In this document: positions 1-10,696 of the stretch, piece after piece
Position numbering within the stretch: position 1 is the first letter of the stretch
How the letters are laid out: each line of letters starts with the position of its first letter
Assembly (NCBI GenBank): GCA_003427395.1
Contig: BFEA01000037.1
Coordinates: 140,956 to 204,955, forward strand
Reading direction: 5' to 3'
Length of the DNA: 64,000 bases
Source of the DNA: Chara braunii
Lineage: Eukaryota > Plantae > Charophyceae
The notes under the pieces: generated by a model
Databases searched by the model: none
Told to the model about the DNA's origin: nothing
Seen by the model: only the letters and a program-made list of their open reading frames with translations
Program-made: the position numbers and the translations under genes

Positions 1-2
1 CG

Positions 3-728
3 GAAGATGGGACGCGGACAGATCTTGAGCCAGCATATCAAACCGAAATGCTGGAAGGGGAGGACGCGTTCCTTTGGATAGAGACAGTATGGACTAATGT
101 CAGCCTGACAAGGTTGTCGCCGAGTTTAATGGATTTGGAGTTCCGAGGGACAGTGGAAGCCCGGGGGTGGGTCTACTTGTCACAAGATGGGGAGAATGCT
201 ATGGTCATAGATTTGGCGCTCGGGAATACGTCGGACGAGTTGTTTAGGAAGGCAGAAGGGGATGTTGTATGGACTGCGTGTCAGCGGAGGGAAACGGAAA
301 TGGAAAGGGTAGATGTGCGGGTGGAACTTGGGGATAGAGAAAACGTGAGGCGGCCCGTCAGAACCATGCGATGTATGCTGCCTCCCTTTCTGGTGGATGC
401 GGTTTTCGGAACCCAGACCAAACTAGTACAAATATGCCAATCCATGACGACCCTCGGACTATACCAATGCGCCAGGCGGGACTTCTTTCGGTTGTCGGTA
501 GAAATGGGGCCGTTTGAAGGGAACTGGGCGGAGGAGCTGACTGAAATGTTAAACTGCCTTAGCACAGACAATGTCTTTGTCCCTAGCTCGGTGCATTGGG
601 GGATAGTCTACAAGAATGTGGCAGTAGGGGAGATATTCCTGAAAGGGGTGAAGGAATTGTTCTACAATGAAGAGGACGACTTCAGTAATGAGGACGAAGA
701 TGATGAGATAGAGGACTGGGACTTCTAG
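3..728 (+). CDS. Unknown protein, paralogue 1 of tandem three-ORF cassette; open from window edge, acidic C-terminal tail
   Basis: Frame is open from position 3 (EDGTRTDLEPAYQTE precedes the ATG at 48). Motifs WIETVW, GTVEARGWVYL, RVELG, LPPFLVDAVFG and GPFEGNWAEEL align colinearly with the next two ORFs. Confidence 0.65.
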   Translation, partial: EDGTRTDLEPAYQTEMLEGEDAFLWIETVWTNVSLTRLSPSLMDLEFRGTVEARGWVYLSQDGENAMVIDLALGNTSDELFRKAEGDVVWTACQRRETEMERVDVRVELGDRENVRRPVRTMRCMLPPFLVDAVFGTQTKLVQICQSMTTLGLYQCARRDFFRLSVEMGPFEGNWAEELTEMLNCLSTDNVFVPSSVHWGIVYKNVAVGEIFLKGVKELFYNEEDDFSNEDEDDEIEDWDF

Positions 729-785
729 GGAGGGTGACTTACTTAGAGAAACCGAGTGGACTGGTATTATGCAGGAAGGGAAAAG

Positions 786-1541
786 ATGACTAGAGAGGAA
801 TTGCTGACGGAATACACCTTCAAGGGATGGGAACCAAGGCGACTCGGGGGAGGAGTAGAGATGCCTATACCAACAGAAAACGAATTGAGAGCGACCACAT
901 GCGACTGGGTCGGGTTTGAGGTTACCCCGGGACTATCATATGTATGGATAGAGCGGATTTGAAACCCGATAAGGGAAGAGGAAGGTTGGGACGAGGTAAC
1001 GGAAGGCACAGTGGAATCGGTCGGAACGGTCGTTATTTTCGAAGACGGGTGGCGCCTATTTTGCACTATGATAGCAATGGGACAGGATCCGATGTGACTT
1101 CCGGGGGATGCAGAGGCGCGAACCCGAAAGGAAGGCAAGAGGTTCGCCAACGAGGGATGGGACGAAGTTAGTAGCAGAGTTGTGATGGGGGAGTGGAAGG
1201 AACTCAAACCTCCCAGCCTACGAACGACGGTTTGGGTGCCTGAGCTCGTGGCCGAGTGGTTTGGGGGTTTTGAGCACATCGTAAAAGTGGCCGATTCCAT
1301 GAAAGAAGTGCATATAGAGTGTGCCTGGCTGACTGAGGAATTTCATAAGACCTCGTTAAAATACGGGCCCTTCTACGGTGATAAAGCCTGGGAAATCCTC
1401 ACCATTCTAAGGATAGGTAACTATGACCGCCTAGAGGTGGACGCGGAGGCTTGGGACGCCATAGTTAGTCGGGAGGCGACGACCGCTCCATCCTACGTAG
1501 ATGATGTTTTTAAACTATTTGAAGCATTGTGGTTCGATTAA
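786..1541 (+). pseudogene. Unknown protein, paralogue 2 (two in-frame TGA stops)
   Basis: ORFs 756..962 and 1182..1541 share one frame, broken only by TGA at 960-962 and 1095-1097. Read-through gives WIERI*, GTVESVGTVVI, RVVMGE, VPELVAEWFG, GPFYGDKAWEI. Confidence 0.7.
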
Positions 1542-1793
1542 AGGTACTAGGAGAGCGAACGTCGCGGGGAGGTCGGAGTATGGAGGGTGCATGTAGACTA
1601 GGGTGTAACATAAGAAAGAGGCATGTACATTGGTTTAGCAGGGCATGTGAGGGGATTGAAAACAAGGGAAGATGTTCGGCCATTGTGGGCACAAATGTGG
1701 GACGTGTGACAAAAAAGAGGGAAGGGAACATAAGTGAGAAGTAAAACAATAGGAGGGTGGGCAGTTGCTGAAGAACGGGCCGTAATCCTTTCT

Positions 1794-1825
1794 TTTTTTT
1801 TTTTTTTTTTTTTTTTTGAATACAC
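1794..1825 (-). mobile_element. Extremely 5'-truncated poly(A) retro-insertion
   Basis: T24+GAATACAC flanked by 18-bp direct repeat CGGGCYGTAATCCTTTCT (1776-1793, 1826-1843). Confidence 0.7.
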
Positions 1826-1852
1826 CGGGCTGTAATCCTTTCTGTGTGGGCT

Positions 1853-2667
1853 ATGCAGGAAATCACCAAAACAGCGATGGCAACAAGACGTGTTCGAACG
1901 GTACGCCAGCCCCGGTACCCCGGACCACCTTGGAATAATGGCAGAGGGTGGGAAGTGTCCCTACCGTCGAGTCCCGACTTTCGGGGGTTCGACGTGGAAT
2001 GGCGGGCCGTTATCTTGGGAAGGAATAACGCCTTCATGATGGTGGAGTGTCGGTGGACGGGGATGAGATTCAACCAAGGGTCTGGGGATGATTTGTATTC
2101 CAATTTAGAAGTTACTGGGACTTTGTATCTACCCGAGATCGGCTGGCACGCACTTGGGGTAGGAATAGCCCAAGGCCACGAGCTGGCACCGGTCTTTCGG
2201 AGGGCCGCCCGGGTGTTGACGTGGATAGGCCAATCAATCAGAAGTAGGAGGAACGTGGACTTACTTACCAGGGTGGAAATGGGGGGCTGGAGGGAGTTCA
2301 AGGCACCAACGACCCCGCTGAGATGCCGGGTCCCCCGATTCATGATAGACCTCATCTTCGGGAGCCTCGCGAGGGTGCAGGATCTGGCAGACTCGACAAT
2401 AATCTGGGTAAACCACTTCTCCTATCAGACCATCGGGATATATATGACGTTGATGTGGAGCATGGGCCGTTCTGGGGAAACCGAGCCCATGAATTGCTGG
2501 AAGTCGTTAATATCCTGGTATTTGGGTTGCCGCGGCTAGCTTGGGCGGAATACGAACACATAATCCGGAGGGAAATCGAGATAGGGGAGAGTTATCTAGC
2601 GGGGGTGGCTCAACTGTTCGAGGAGCCTACCGAACCGGAAGGGCCACGAGGGCGAGAGCGGGACTAG
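1853..2667 (+). pseudogene. Unknown protein, paralogue 3 (one frameshift near 2420-2445)
   Basis: ORF 1844..2539 (MVECRW, SNLEVTGTLYL, RVEMGG, VPRFMIDLIFG) continues in ORF 2323..2667 (GPFWGNRAHELL...IGESYLAGVAQLF). Confidence 0.7.
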
Positions 2668-3338
2668 CACCCGGAGGCAGGCCAGTAGGGCAAATCAAGT
2701 ATAGTCAGCAACGTACAGGGGCGCACCGATGGAAATGGGGAAGGACCGCAGGACCGGACAATCAGAAACCATTACAGAATAAAGGGGGAGGGGTAGACCC
2801 CTAAGGATTGACATGGCCCCGGAGGATGAAAAAGGGAATACTGCTCGGGAAAACTTTTCCTAATGAGATGCCCAACCAGGATTCCTACGCGCCGGCGCGG
2901 CGAAACAGGGGCACTCTAAACGAGCCTGTTATGAAGGGAACTAAGTCATTTCTCTTAAGTAGGGAAGCAATAGGGAGATGGAAGTGGGGAGAAGGCTACG
3001 ATCCAAATAAAGGTAAACTGACAAAGCCGGGACCTTTGGAACCTAAATACCTCGCGCTGCGTGTCCTGGGGAATCCTCTGGTTTATGCAGAACTAGGCGA
3101 AATGGCGATGGAGGATGAGACAGATAACCGTAGGAGCGAAGGAGGACCAGGCTTAGGAGGCAGCGCCGTACAAAGCAAAGAAGGGCAGACAGATAGAGAA
3201 TCGATAAATCCAGTTGGTACCAAAGGGAACCGGAAGGAAATCTCCTCAAGGGAAAGCTCGGGGAAAGCCGGGGGAAGCAGGCAAGGGACCCACGAGACCA
3301 AAGAGGGCAGAAATAAGGATAGGACAAGCCCCCGGAAT

Positions 3339-4104
3339 TCAGAGCCCCTCCAGCAGTCCCGGAATCGTTGCCACCTTGGTCTGTTCTGGGCATATGAAGC
3401 CCCTCAAGTAGGGTCTGGTCCCTGCAGCCCAGTCCCCAACATCAGACTTGGGGTCATCCCCCCTAAACTTGTTGGTGGCAGGGATCTTGGGACCTCTCTG
3501 ATCCCCTGCAGCAACAGCAGCATAGGTGGGTTTGGCTGTGGTCTTTTGGGAAGGAGATGGTGAAGGGGAAGAATGGTGTGAACCAGAATGGATGGAAGAG
3601 GGAGGAGAGGAAGGTTTGGGTTTCGCTGAGAGGATAGGAGACAGGGGAGCAATCAGTTTGGTTGTTGTCAGCTGAGCAGTCAGATCCTTGATTGCTGTCA
3701 GGATCTTGGACTGCTGAACTGCCAGGTCATCCACCCTGCGCTCAAAACGAGCGATACGGTCATCCCACTTAGTGAAATAGGAAATGGTGCCAGAATGGCC
3801 CACTCCACCAAGTTCCTAGTCACCTGGGCACAGCGCTCATCAGACACAACTTTGCCTAGTTGCTCCAAGCCTCCAACAGATACTCCTGTCGAGAAGCATC
3901 TGTTGCAGCCTCTAGCTCAGCTGCCTCCTGCCGCTCAAGTTCTGCTAGCAGGGCCTGCTCCTGCTGCAATCTTTCTTGGATCTCCTTCTTCCTGCGCTGA
4001 GTAGCAGTCAGAGGTGTAGTAGGAGTGGAGGTAGAAGGTTGTTCACCTTCCACCTTCATGACCACTTCCACCTGTGGCTGCTGCTGAGCAGTCTGGTCCG
4101 CCAT
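3339..4104 (-). pseudogene. gag: Ty3/Gypsy gag, N-terminal part, frameshifted and truncated
   Basis: Coiled coil, Pro/Ser linker, then KIPATNKFRGDDPKSDVGDW...KVATIPGLLEG resembling the start of a retrotransposon capsid domain; lies downstream of a PBS on the same strand. Confidence 0.7.
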
Positions 4105-5628
4105 TTTCCTCTTTCAGAACACCAACAATAAATAAATAGTAGAGAGTATGCAGCGATGTACAGATCCCCTTCAGGCACTCAGAAATCGCTGCTAACTCAT
4201 GCACAGAAGTCGTGGGTGTATAGGCACAAACGGTTTGGGGTTGGAACTGTTTCTCTGGGGTCAGGGGTCAGACAGACAGTTAGTCCGGCAAAATCAGTCA
4301 CACGATTTCCTTTTATTGACCCTGCACCACACTGGAGTTAGTAAACACTGTCCGCTACTCTTCCAAAGAACACTAGATTTCCAAAGCCCACTAGAAAACA
4401 AGAGTTGTAAGTGGGAATGATAGAACATGGCAAGCATAGAGTAGAAAGGTCAAACAAGCAGAGCGATTCAGTCAAAGACCCTGAATCCTTAGCTCAGACT
4501 CAATTTTCGACCTTGATGACTCTGGCAGCCATACCCTAGGGTATGGCGAAGTACAGTATTCACTGTTTCCAGTGAAATACTAGAAATCCAATCAAGCGGT
4601 TCTGCAAGAATGACTGTTTTTGAGTTGTGATTCACTGGGGACAGGCAGAACTGAATTCTGACGGACAGAATTGAACTTATGACTGACACTAGATAGCACA
4701 GGCTATAATTAGATTCGGCGCAAAACTACAATTCATAGTATCACTACTTTTCCAGTGCAGGATTCACAATCTGAACATCCCAGATCAAGCGCAATACAGT
4801 ACAGCAGTCACAGAACAATTTTGGATGCAAAAGAGTCAACAGAGGGTGAGAGATGAGCAGAGGAAGATAGGAGAGAGATGGCTATGGCTGTCATGCAGTC
4901 GGCGATTTTCAAATCCAGTCACTGACAGATAGATAGACCATAACTACTGACTAGTCTAACCCTATCTGAATCGCTATACAGGTAGGTGCATGGAACGAAC
5001 TCACTTTCATAGTATCTGGCAAAGGTTGATGAAGATCTGGCTATGGCAGATTGAAACCCTCATTTCGCCAATTTCTTCCAGAGCTTCTTCCCCACCGTCC
5101 CACGCACAGAACTGCTCCCAACTATCCTCTTCAGGATCCTGAAGCGCTGCACCCCTTGATGTTAGATTCCCTGAATCTGACCCTGTGGCACCCAAATCGC
5201 CAACTGAAGAAAATCTCGCCAGAGGACCTGAGGTCCGCTGATGCTATAAATAGCCCCAGATGGGGTTATTTCTTCCTGAGATTGACACAGACTGTCAATC
5301 TACCTCAGCGCTGCTCAAGGATGAAGCCGCTCCACAATCCCTGAAGTCTCCAGGGGTAATTCGCCACTCAGGGGTAGTTCACAATACTACCCTCAGGGTT
5401 GGCTATGGCGAATTGACCCTGTTCTCGTCACTTCCAGACAAGCGCCCTGACAGGCTCAGTGCGCTTGCTCAGTGCAAGCACTGCACTCTTGAATCCACCG
5501 CTTGAAGTCTTCTTCCTTGCTGACTCAGCAGTGGGGAAGATGAATCGCCATGAAACTCTCGCCAGTATATCGCCAGGATGAAGAAGATGCCCTTAACACT
5601 CAACCCTCAGTGCTCCAATTCCAATCTC

Positions 5629-5640
5629 GCTCTGATACCA
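5629..5640 (-). promoter_or_regulatory. Primer-binding site (tRNA-iMet)
   Basis: Minus strand TGGTATCAGAGC, 2 nt after an LTR-type ...AACA end at 5643. Confidence 0.9.
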
Positions 5641-5642
5641 AC

Positions 5643-7079
5643 TGTTATGATCTTGGTTGTCTGACGATTTTTACAGCCACTCACACACACAGACAATCTC
5701 ATACACGCCCAGAGAGGAGACAGAGTCCAAACTGCACACAGATCAGAGTAGATAGCTGAAGCACAACCATGCACAGATGGGGAGAAGACACACAATGTTT
5801 CTCACTCTCTGACGATACTCCCAACAACCAATCACAAGAAAGAACATGCGAGAATACAATTGGAATACATACTGATGATGAGCCAAGTAACCAAAAATCG
5901 TTACAAAGTTTGTTCCAGTGTCTCGCCACTCTCAGAACCTCACACTCCACTCACTACCCTACACCCAGTTAGTAGTGCCTCCCAGAGGCCAGCGCCAGCC
6001 ACCCAGATGAAGAACAGGTCCTGCGATGAAGTCTTCAGTGCCGCTGAACAACTCTGACGAAGAACCGGCAGCTATGGCTGTCGCCACCCACATAAACTCA
6101 GTGGGGAGTCTCCACACAGCCCAGCCACTCGTAGAAACCCACAGGGGTTGATGCGCAGGGGATGCCCCAGCTATGGCAAGCCCTCAACAGGCTGGCTATG
6201 GCTGCTGTCCACGGTGAGGGTCTCAGGGTACCGCCTGCAGACAATCGTCGTTGCAACGCTCCTTGGCTCCAAACGCTGTATCGCAAAAATGAACTGCCAA
6301 AAAGTCCTAAGCAGTCCTACGCTAACCTACTTGTAGACTCTACACTACCCTAGCCTACCGCCTACCGGTACCGGTTCAGTTAGGGCCAGCTCGGCCTCTA
6401 CGAAACCGGTCCTACTACTGCACTTAGGGCTCAGGGCCACTTAGGGCCGGTAACCACTCAGCCCCTACTGCTGTTGGTAGCTATTTTTAGAATAGCGAGC
6501 AGCCCTCAGCGCAGGCCAAAAAAAACACAGCAAAATACACAGCATACTGGACATCCACAGCAAGCACACAGCACACTGTACAACCTCGCAAGTCAGTCTC
6601 GGCAGTCAAAATCAGCAAGTCATTGCACTCAAGTGTCTGGGACTCCTGCCCAGTACCCGTTGTTGCAAAGTGTATGTCCCAGTATCCTTTCCCATGGTCT
6701 GCTGCTGCTTGGGCCATCGGGCCTGTCTCTTGGACTCCTGGTCTGAATCAGGACTGACTCGTGGGACTATGACTGGACTGGGACTGTGGCTTTTGACTCA
6801 TTGTCGAACAGACATGACTTTCCATCGAGGAGACATGACCCTAACTCAGCTTTGAAAACTGTGTCCAATACCTGTTCGTGCAGGACCTGTTCGTGACTGT
6901 TCAAAATGACTTTCCATTTAATTATGGATGCGACATATGCCTTAGGAACTTTGTCTTTTGGGTTGCTGCTCGTGAATTAAGTTCTGGCTGACAGAGCCCC
7001 TCGCTGTTGGGCCATTCATCTGGGGTTTAATTCGTAAAGGCCCTTTTATCATGGTGCACATGGATGGAGTGATGATACA
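5643..7079 (-). mobile_element. 5' LTR of left-hand Gypsy element (outer boundary approximate)
   Basis: TG at 5643 adjacent to the PBS; non-coding with GACATGACT-type repeats; candidate CA end near 7079. A degenerate relative lies at about 8600-9330. Confidence 0.55.
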
Positions 7080-8087
7080 AGTGGACCTTTGCACAAGCAC
7101 ACACAATATAGACTCATAAGACACGCCCCTTTCCCAACAGAAGGTAGTCAACAACATGGAGATACAACCGCCGATGAACCCAAACACTTTGCTTCAAACA
7201 CCGGAAGAACTACTATCTAACATCCCCTAATCCCTTTTCATGTGCTTCAAACAACGGGCCATAGGAAATCTCACCTATAGCACATGTTATCTGACTCTCC
7301 CCATATCCGACCCAGGAAACCAGTCAGCAACACATATTCATGGCACTTGGCTGTGACCTGAACCTTTGTATGATGCAAGCACTACTATGTAAAGCATGCT
7401 GGACTGCTTTTCTTCGAGAACACATTCCATGCGAAGCATACTCGCAGCACTCTTGTGTTTCTGTGATTACCTGTGTCTGTGTGTCTGTGTGTCTGTGTGT
7501 GCTCCTCCATCACTGCAACAAGTGGGCCCGTTGGCACTTTCGTGCACAGCTTAGAAACAAGAAAACCGATATGGAATTTGCCGTTCTTTTTCGCACCCCA
7601 GTATAATCCCATATGATGCAAAATTCGGCCTCCCATGTTGTTAGACTTCCCATTCACGCATCCCATCAGTGTGAAGCAACACCAGCCTCTCTGTCACGGC
7701 GTGCTTCCCATTCAAGCATCTTGTGGGCCCGATGCAAAGACTAGTCTTCGCATCGGCATGCATCCGAGGCCATGAGACGTGTGAATGAGGAGCATACCAC
7801 AAAAGAGATCAGGGTCATGTCATCCGCAGGATAGGAAGGCAAGCCTCTCAGTCGAGGCACTTGAATGTCATTTCACAGACGCAGGCGTCCCACACAGCAG
7901 ATAGCCCGAAACACAAGACTGAGGAAGATTGTGCATCATGCAACAAAATCAGATACGGAGAGTGGAACATGTGCCATAAGTTGGACAGCATTCAAGCACA
8001 GCTAGCATACAATTTCCCATACAATTTCCCAAGTGAGGCCTAACCTCTAGCAGGCACAGCAGAAGGAGATGGATAGGGGCCACTTAC

Positions 8088-8177
8088 CCTTAAAGTCAAA
8101 ATCAAAACCAGGTTGGCAACAATCGCTGCAGCGAGAACCATGAAGAAAAAATCCGTCAACTTTGCCCGTGGATTTAC
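8088..8177 (-). CDS. Putative exon 2 of host gene (VNPRAKLTDFFFMVLAAAIVANLVLILTLR, one TM helix)
   Basis: Acceptor TTCTTTTGGCTCAG before 8177 and donor GTAAGT after 8088; 90 bp, phase 0/0; continues YREK of the exon ending at 59718. Confidence 0.7.
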
Positions 8178-9879
8178 CTGAGCCAAAAGAACCAGACTGT
8201 TCAGCGCCAAGCCACCAAAGACAATAACCAACCACATTCCAGTATTCCCTCCTCTCCATAAATACCAACCCCCTTTCCCACACCCCTTTACTTCTCTCCC
8301 CTCTTCCCACTCTCCTCCAGCCTTACATTGGGCCTCAGACGGAAGATTCATTGTGTGGAACTACAACTAACCTGAACCAACCTCAATCAGAGTGCTATGG
8401 GCTCCTCAGGTCAATGCTTTTGTTTTTTGTTTTTTTTGGAGGGGAGGGGGAGAAGGGAGGGAGTGGGGGGAAGGGAGGGAGTGAGGGTGCAACGAACCTC
8501 CCAGCTCAACACCAATGAGAGCACACATTCACACCACTTACATGCATGAGGTCACACGAATTTCACACTGAAGACCAGAGAGATTAAGACCAGATAGCGC
8601 AGCTCAAGAATGCACTGGCGCAGCTATGGCTGCCTTCTCCCTGCCAGCGCTATCTTCTCTCTCTCTCTCTCTCACTTAGCGCAGCACTCTGGCCTCGGCG
8701 CTCTGCTCCTCACTTCAGCACACAAGTGCAGCAGCACTTCCACACTGCTTGTGAATGAGCAATCTGCCAGAATGTAAGGCTAGCCAGTCCTTTTGTAGTC
8801 TTGGTTTGCACTTCAACTCGTGCCAGCCTCTGTTTCTTGGGTCCTGTCTGGTTCCGGTACCACATCCCCACGGCCTGTCTGCTACTGAATGTCAAGGCCT
8901 GGAACCTTCTCGAATTTCCATTGGACTGTTGCTGCTTGGGCCCTTGAGTCATTACTTTTCACTTGTGACCATGACTTTTGACTGTGGACAGTGTCTCTTG
9001 CCTGTGGGTCACGACTTTTGCCTGTGAGACTACCTTTTACTCGTGGGATGTGTCTCTTCAATATGATTTTTCATTAGGAAACGTGACTCCTGTCTTGAGA
9101 CATGACTCTTGCTTAGTGAATCCGCCTTTTCACTCTGGAATGTGACTCTTTTGAATGGTTTTTATTATGAAACGTGACTCTTGTCCCCTGAGACATGACT
9201 GTTTGTTGGTTGCCTGTTGGACCAGACTGCTAAGGTACCCGATTGTGACTATTCTGAGTTTGACGAGTTCGACCTTTTCTTGGCCTGGCATCTGACCCTG
9301 AGATCCGAATTTGGGGTCTGAAACGTGGAAGGCCTTTCAAGGGGAAGAGAAAAGCCACAACAAACAAATATTTTCAGCCATGGTTCCATTGCACTTGTAA
9401 TGAACCCAGTCTAGCAGATACTCAGAAGTCGTCAAACATCAGTAGTCTCATTAATCTGCATCAAAGTCTTCAAATCGTGAAGTGATATCCCAAACAGTAT
9501 CTCATTACCATCAAAAGAAGAGAGTGGAGGCGGAATAGACAAAGGAGAAGAAGAGTGATCACACAGTAATAAACCCTTCAGACACCTCTCCTTCTCCGGG
9601 CTTCTTCCCTCTCCAAGTCAACAATGATAATAAGTATATTCCTGATCACAAACAATAGTGCCACGTGGCACTTTAGCTCGTGAAGACCATGAAGACATAG
9701 CAGATTCCAATGACGACGTCAACCTCAGGTGAATACCCGAACTCCATCCACAGATCCCGATCTTCCTCCTCCTCACAACCAGTCACCTCATGTAGATAGC
9801 GTGGACAATGCCACGTCAGCAGTCGAAACAGGTGGCATATGCCACATCAACAATGGAGACCAGAGACAACGCCACATCA

Positions 9880-10115
9880 ACATGCAATGTCGGTAACGCC
9901 ACATCAGCATGCAATGTAGACTAGAGGTAGCGCCACATCAGCATGCAATGTAGACCAGAGGTAGCACCACATCAGCATGCAATTTAGACCAGAGGTAGCG
10001 CCACATCAGCATGCAATGTAGACCAGAGGTGGTGCCACATCAGCATGCAATGTAGACAGAAGTGGCACCACATCAGCATGCAATGTAGACCAGAAGTAGC
10101 GCCACATCAGCATGC
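9880..10115. repeat. 34-bp tandem repeat inside family A LTR (about 7 units; also about 41395-41640 and 53855-54035)
   Basis: ACATCAGCATGCAATGTAGACCAGAGGTAGCGCC starting at 9901, 9935, 9969, 10003, 10037, 10070, 10104. Confidence 0.9.
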
Positions 10116-10696
10116 CACCTCAGCAAGCCTGGTGCACAATGCAGAAAGCGCAAGCATGCTGCCTCCACCTCCTGCCGTCGTCCGCATCGCCAATGCACAG
10201 CCAGCGTCGAGCCAGCATAATGCCAGCGTCTAGTCAAAGTCGATCCAGCGTCCAAGTAGCATAGCAAGACCGAATGCTTGACTCACTCGAGGCCAGCCTT
10301 AAGTAGTCATTGTCAAGGTTGTCTGGCCTCAAGTGCTTTCCCCACACTCGTCCAGATTGACTCACACTTGAGGACCCGGATTGTGAAGTTGCAGACTTCT
10401 CCCTTGGACCTGATGCTGTCTGGGTACCTGCATACAAACAAGTGTGTGTGCTTGACCAGCGGCCTGGGCTAGGTACCTTTGGACTTTGACTGTTGGGATC
10501 TCGACAGTTGACCAAAGTCAACTGCCACACGTCCAGGCCTTGAGTCCTCATATGGGGCCTTTTTGCCCCTGTTTAGGCGTGGGCTGAGGGCGGCCAAGTC
10601 GGTTCTCAGTTTTCCCACGAGACATATGGCATGGGTTATTGCATTCCCGCCGACCCAGTTATAGAGTTCCATCGCAGAAAATACATTAGTTCTCAC

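Noticed and set aside
2808-3563. 251-aa ORF as a fourth cassette member
   Set aside because: Non-ATG start, none of the shared motifs, and the 3' part is antisense gag.
7227-7274. Candidate exon 3 (minus; TAG|VRFPMARCLKHMKRD*)
   Set aside because: No polypyrimidine tract and no homology support; the true exon may lie outside the window.
9880-10115. 34-bp periodic array resembling CRISPR
   Set aside because: Head-to-tail units without unique spacers, located inside LTRs, no cas genes, eukaryotic context.
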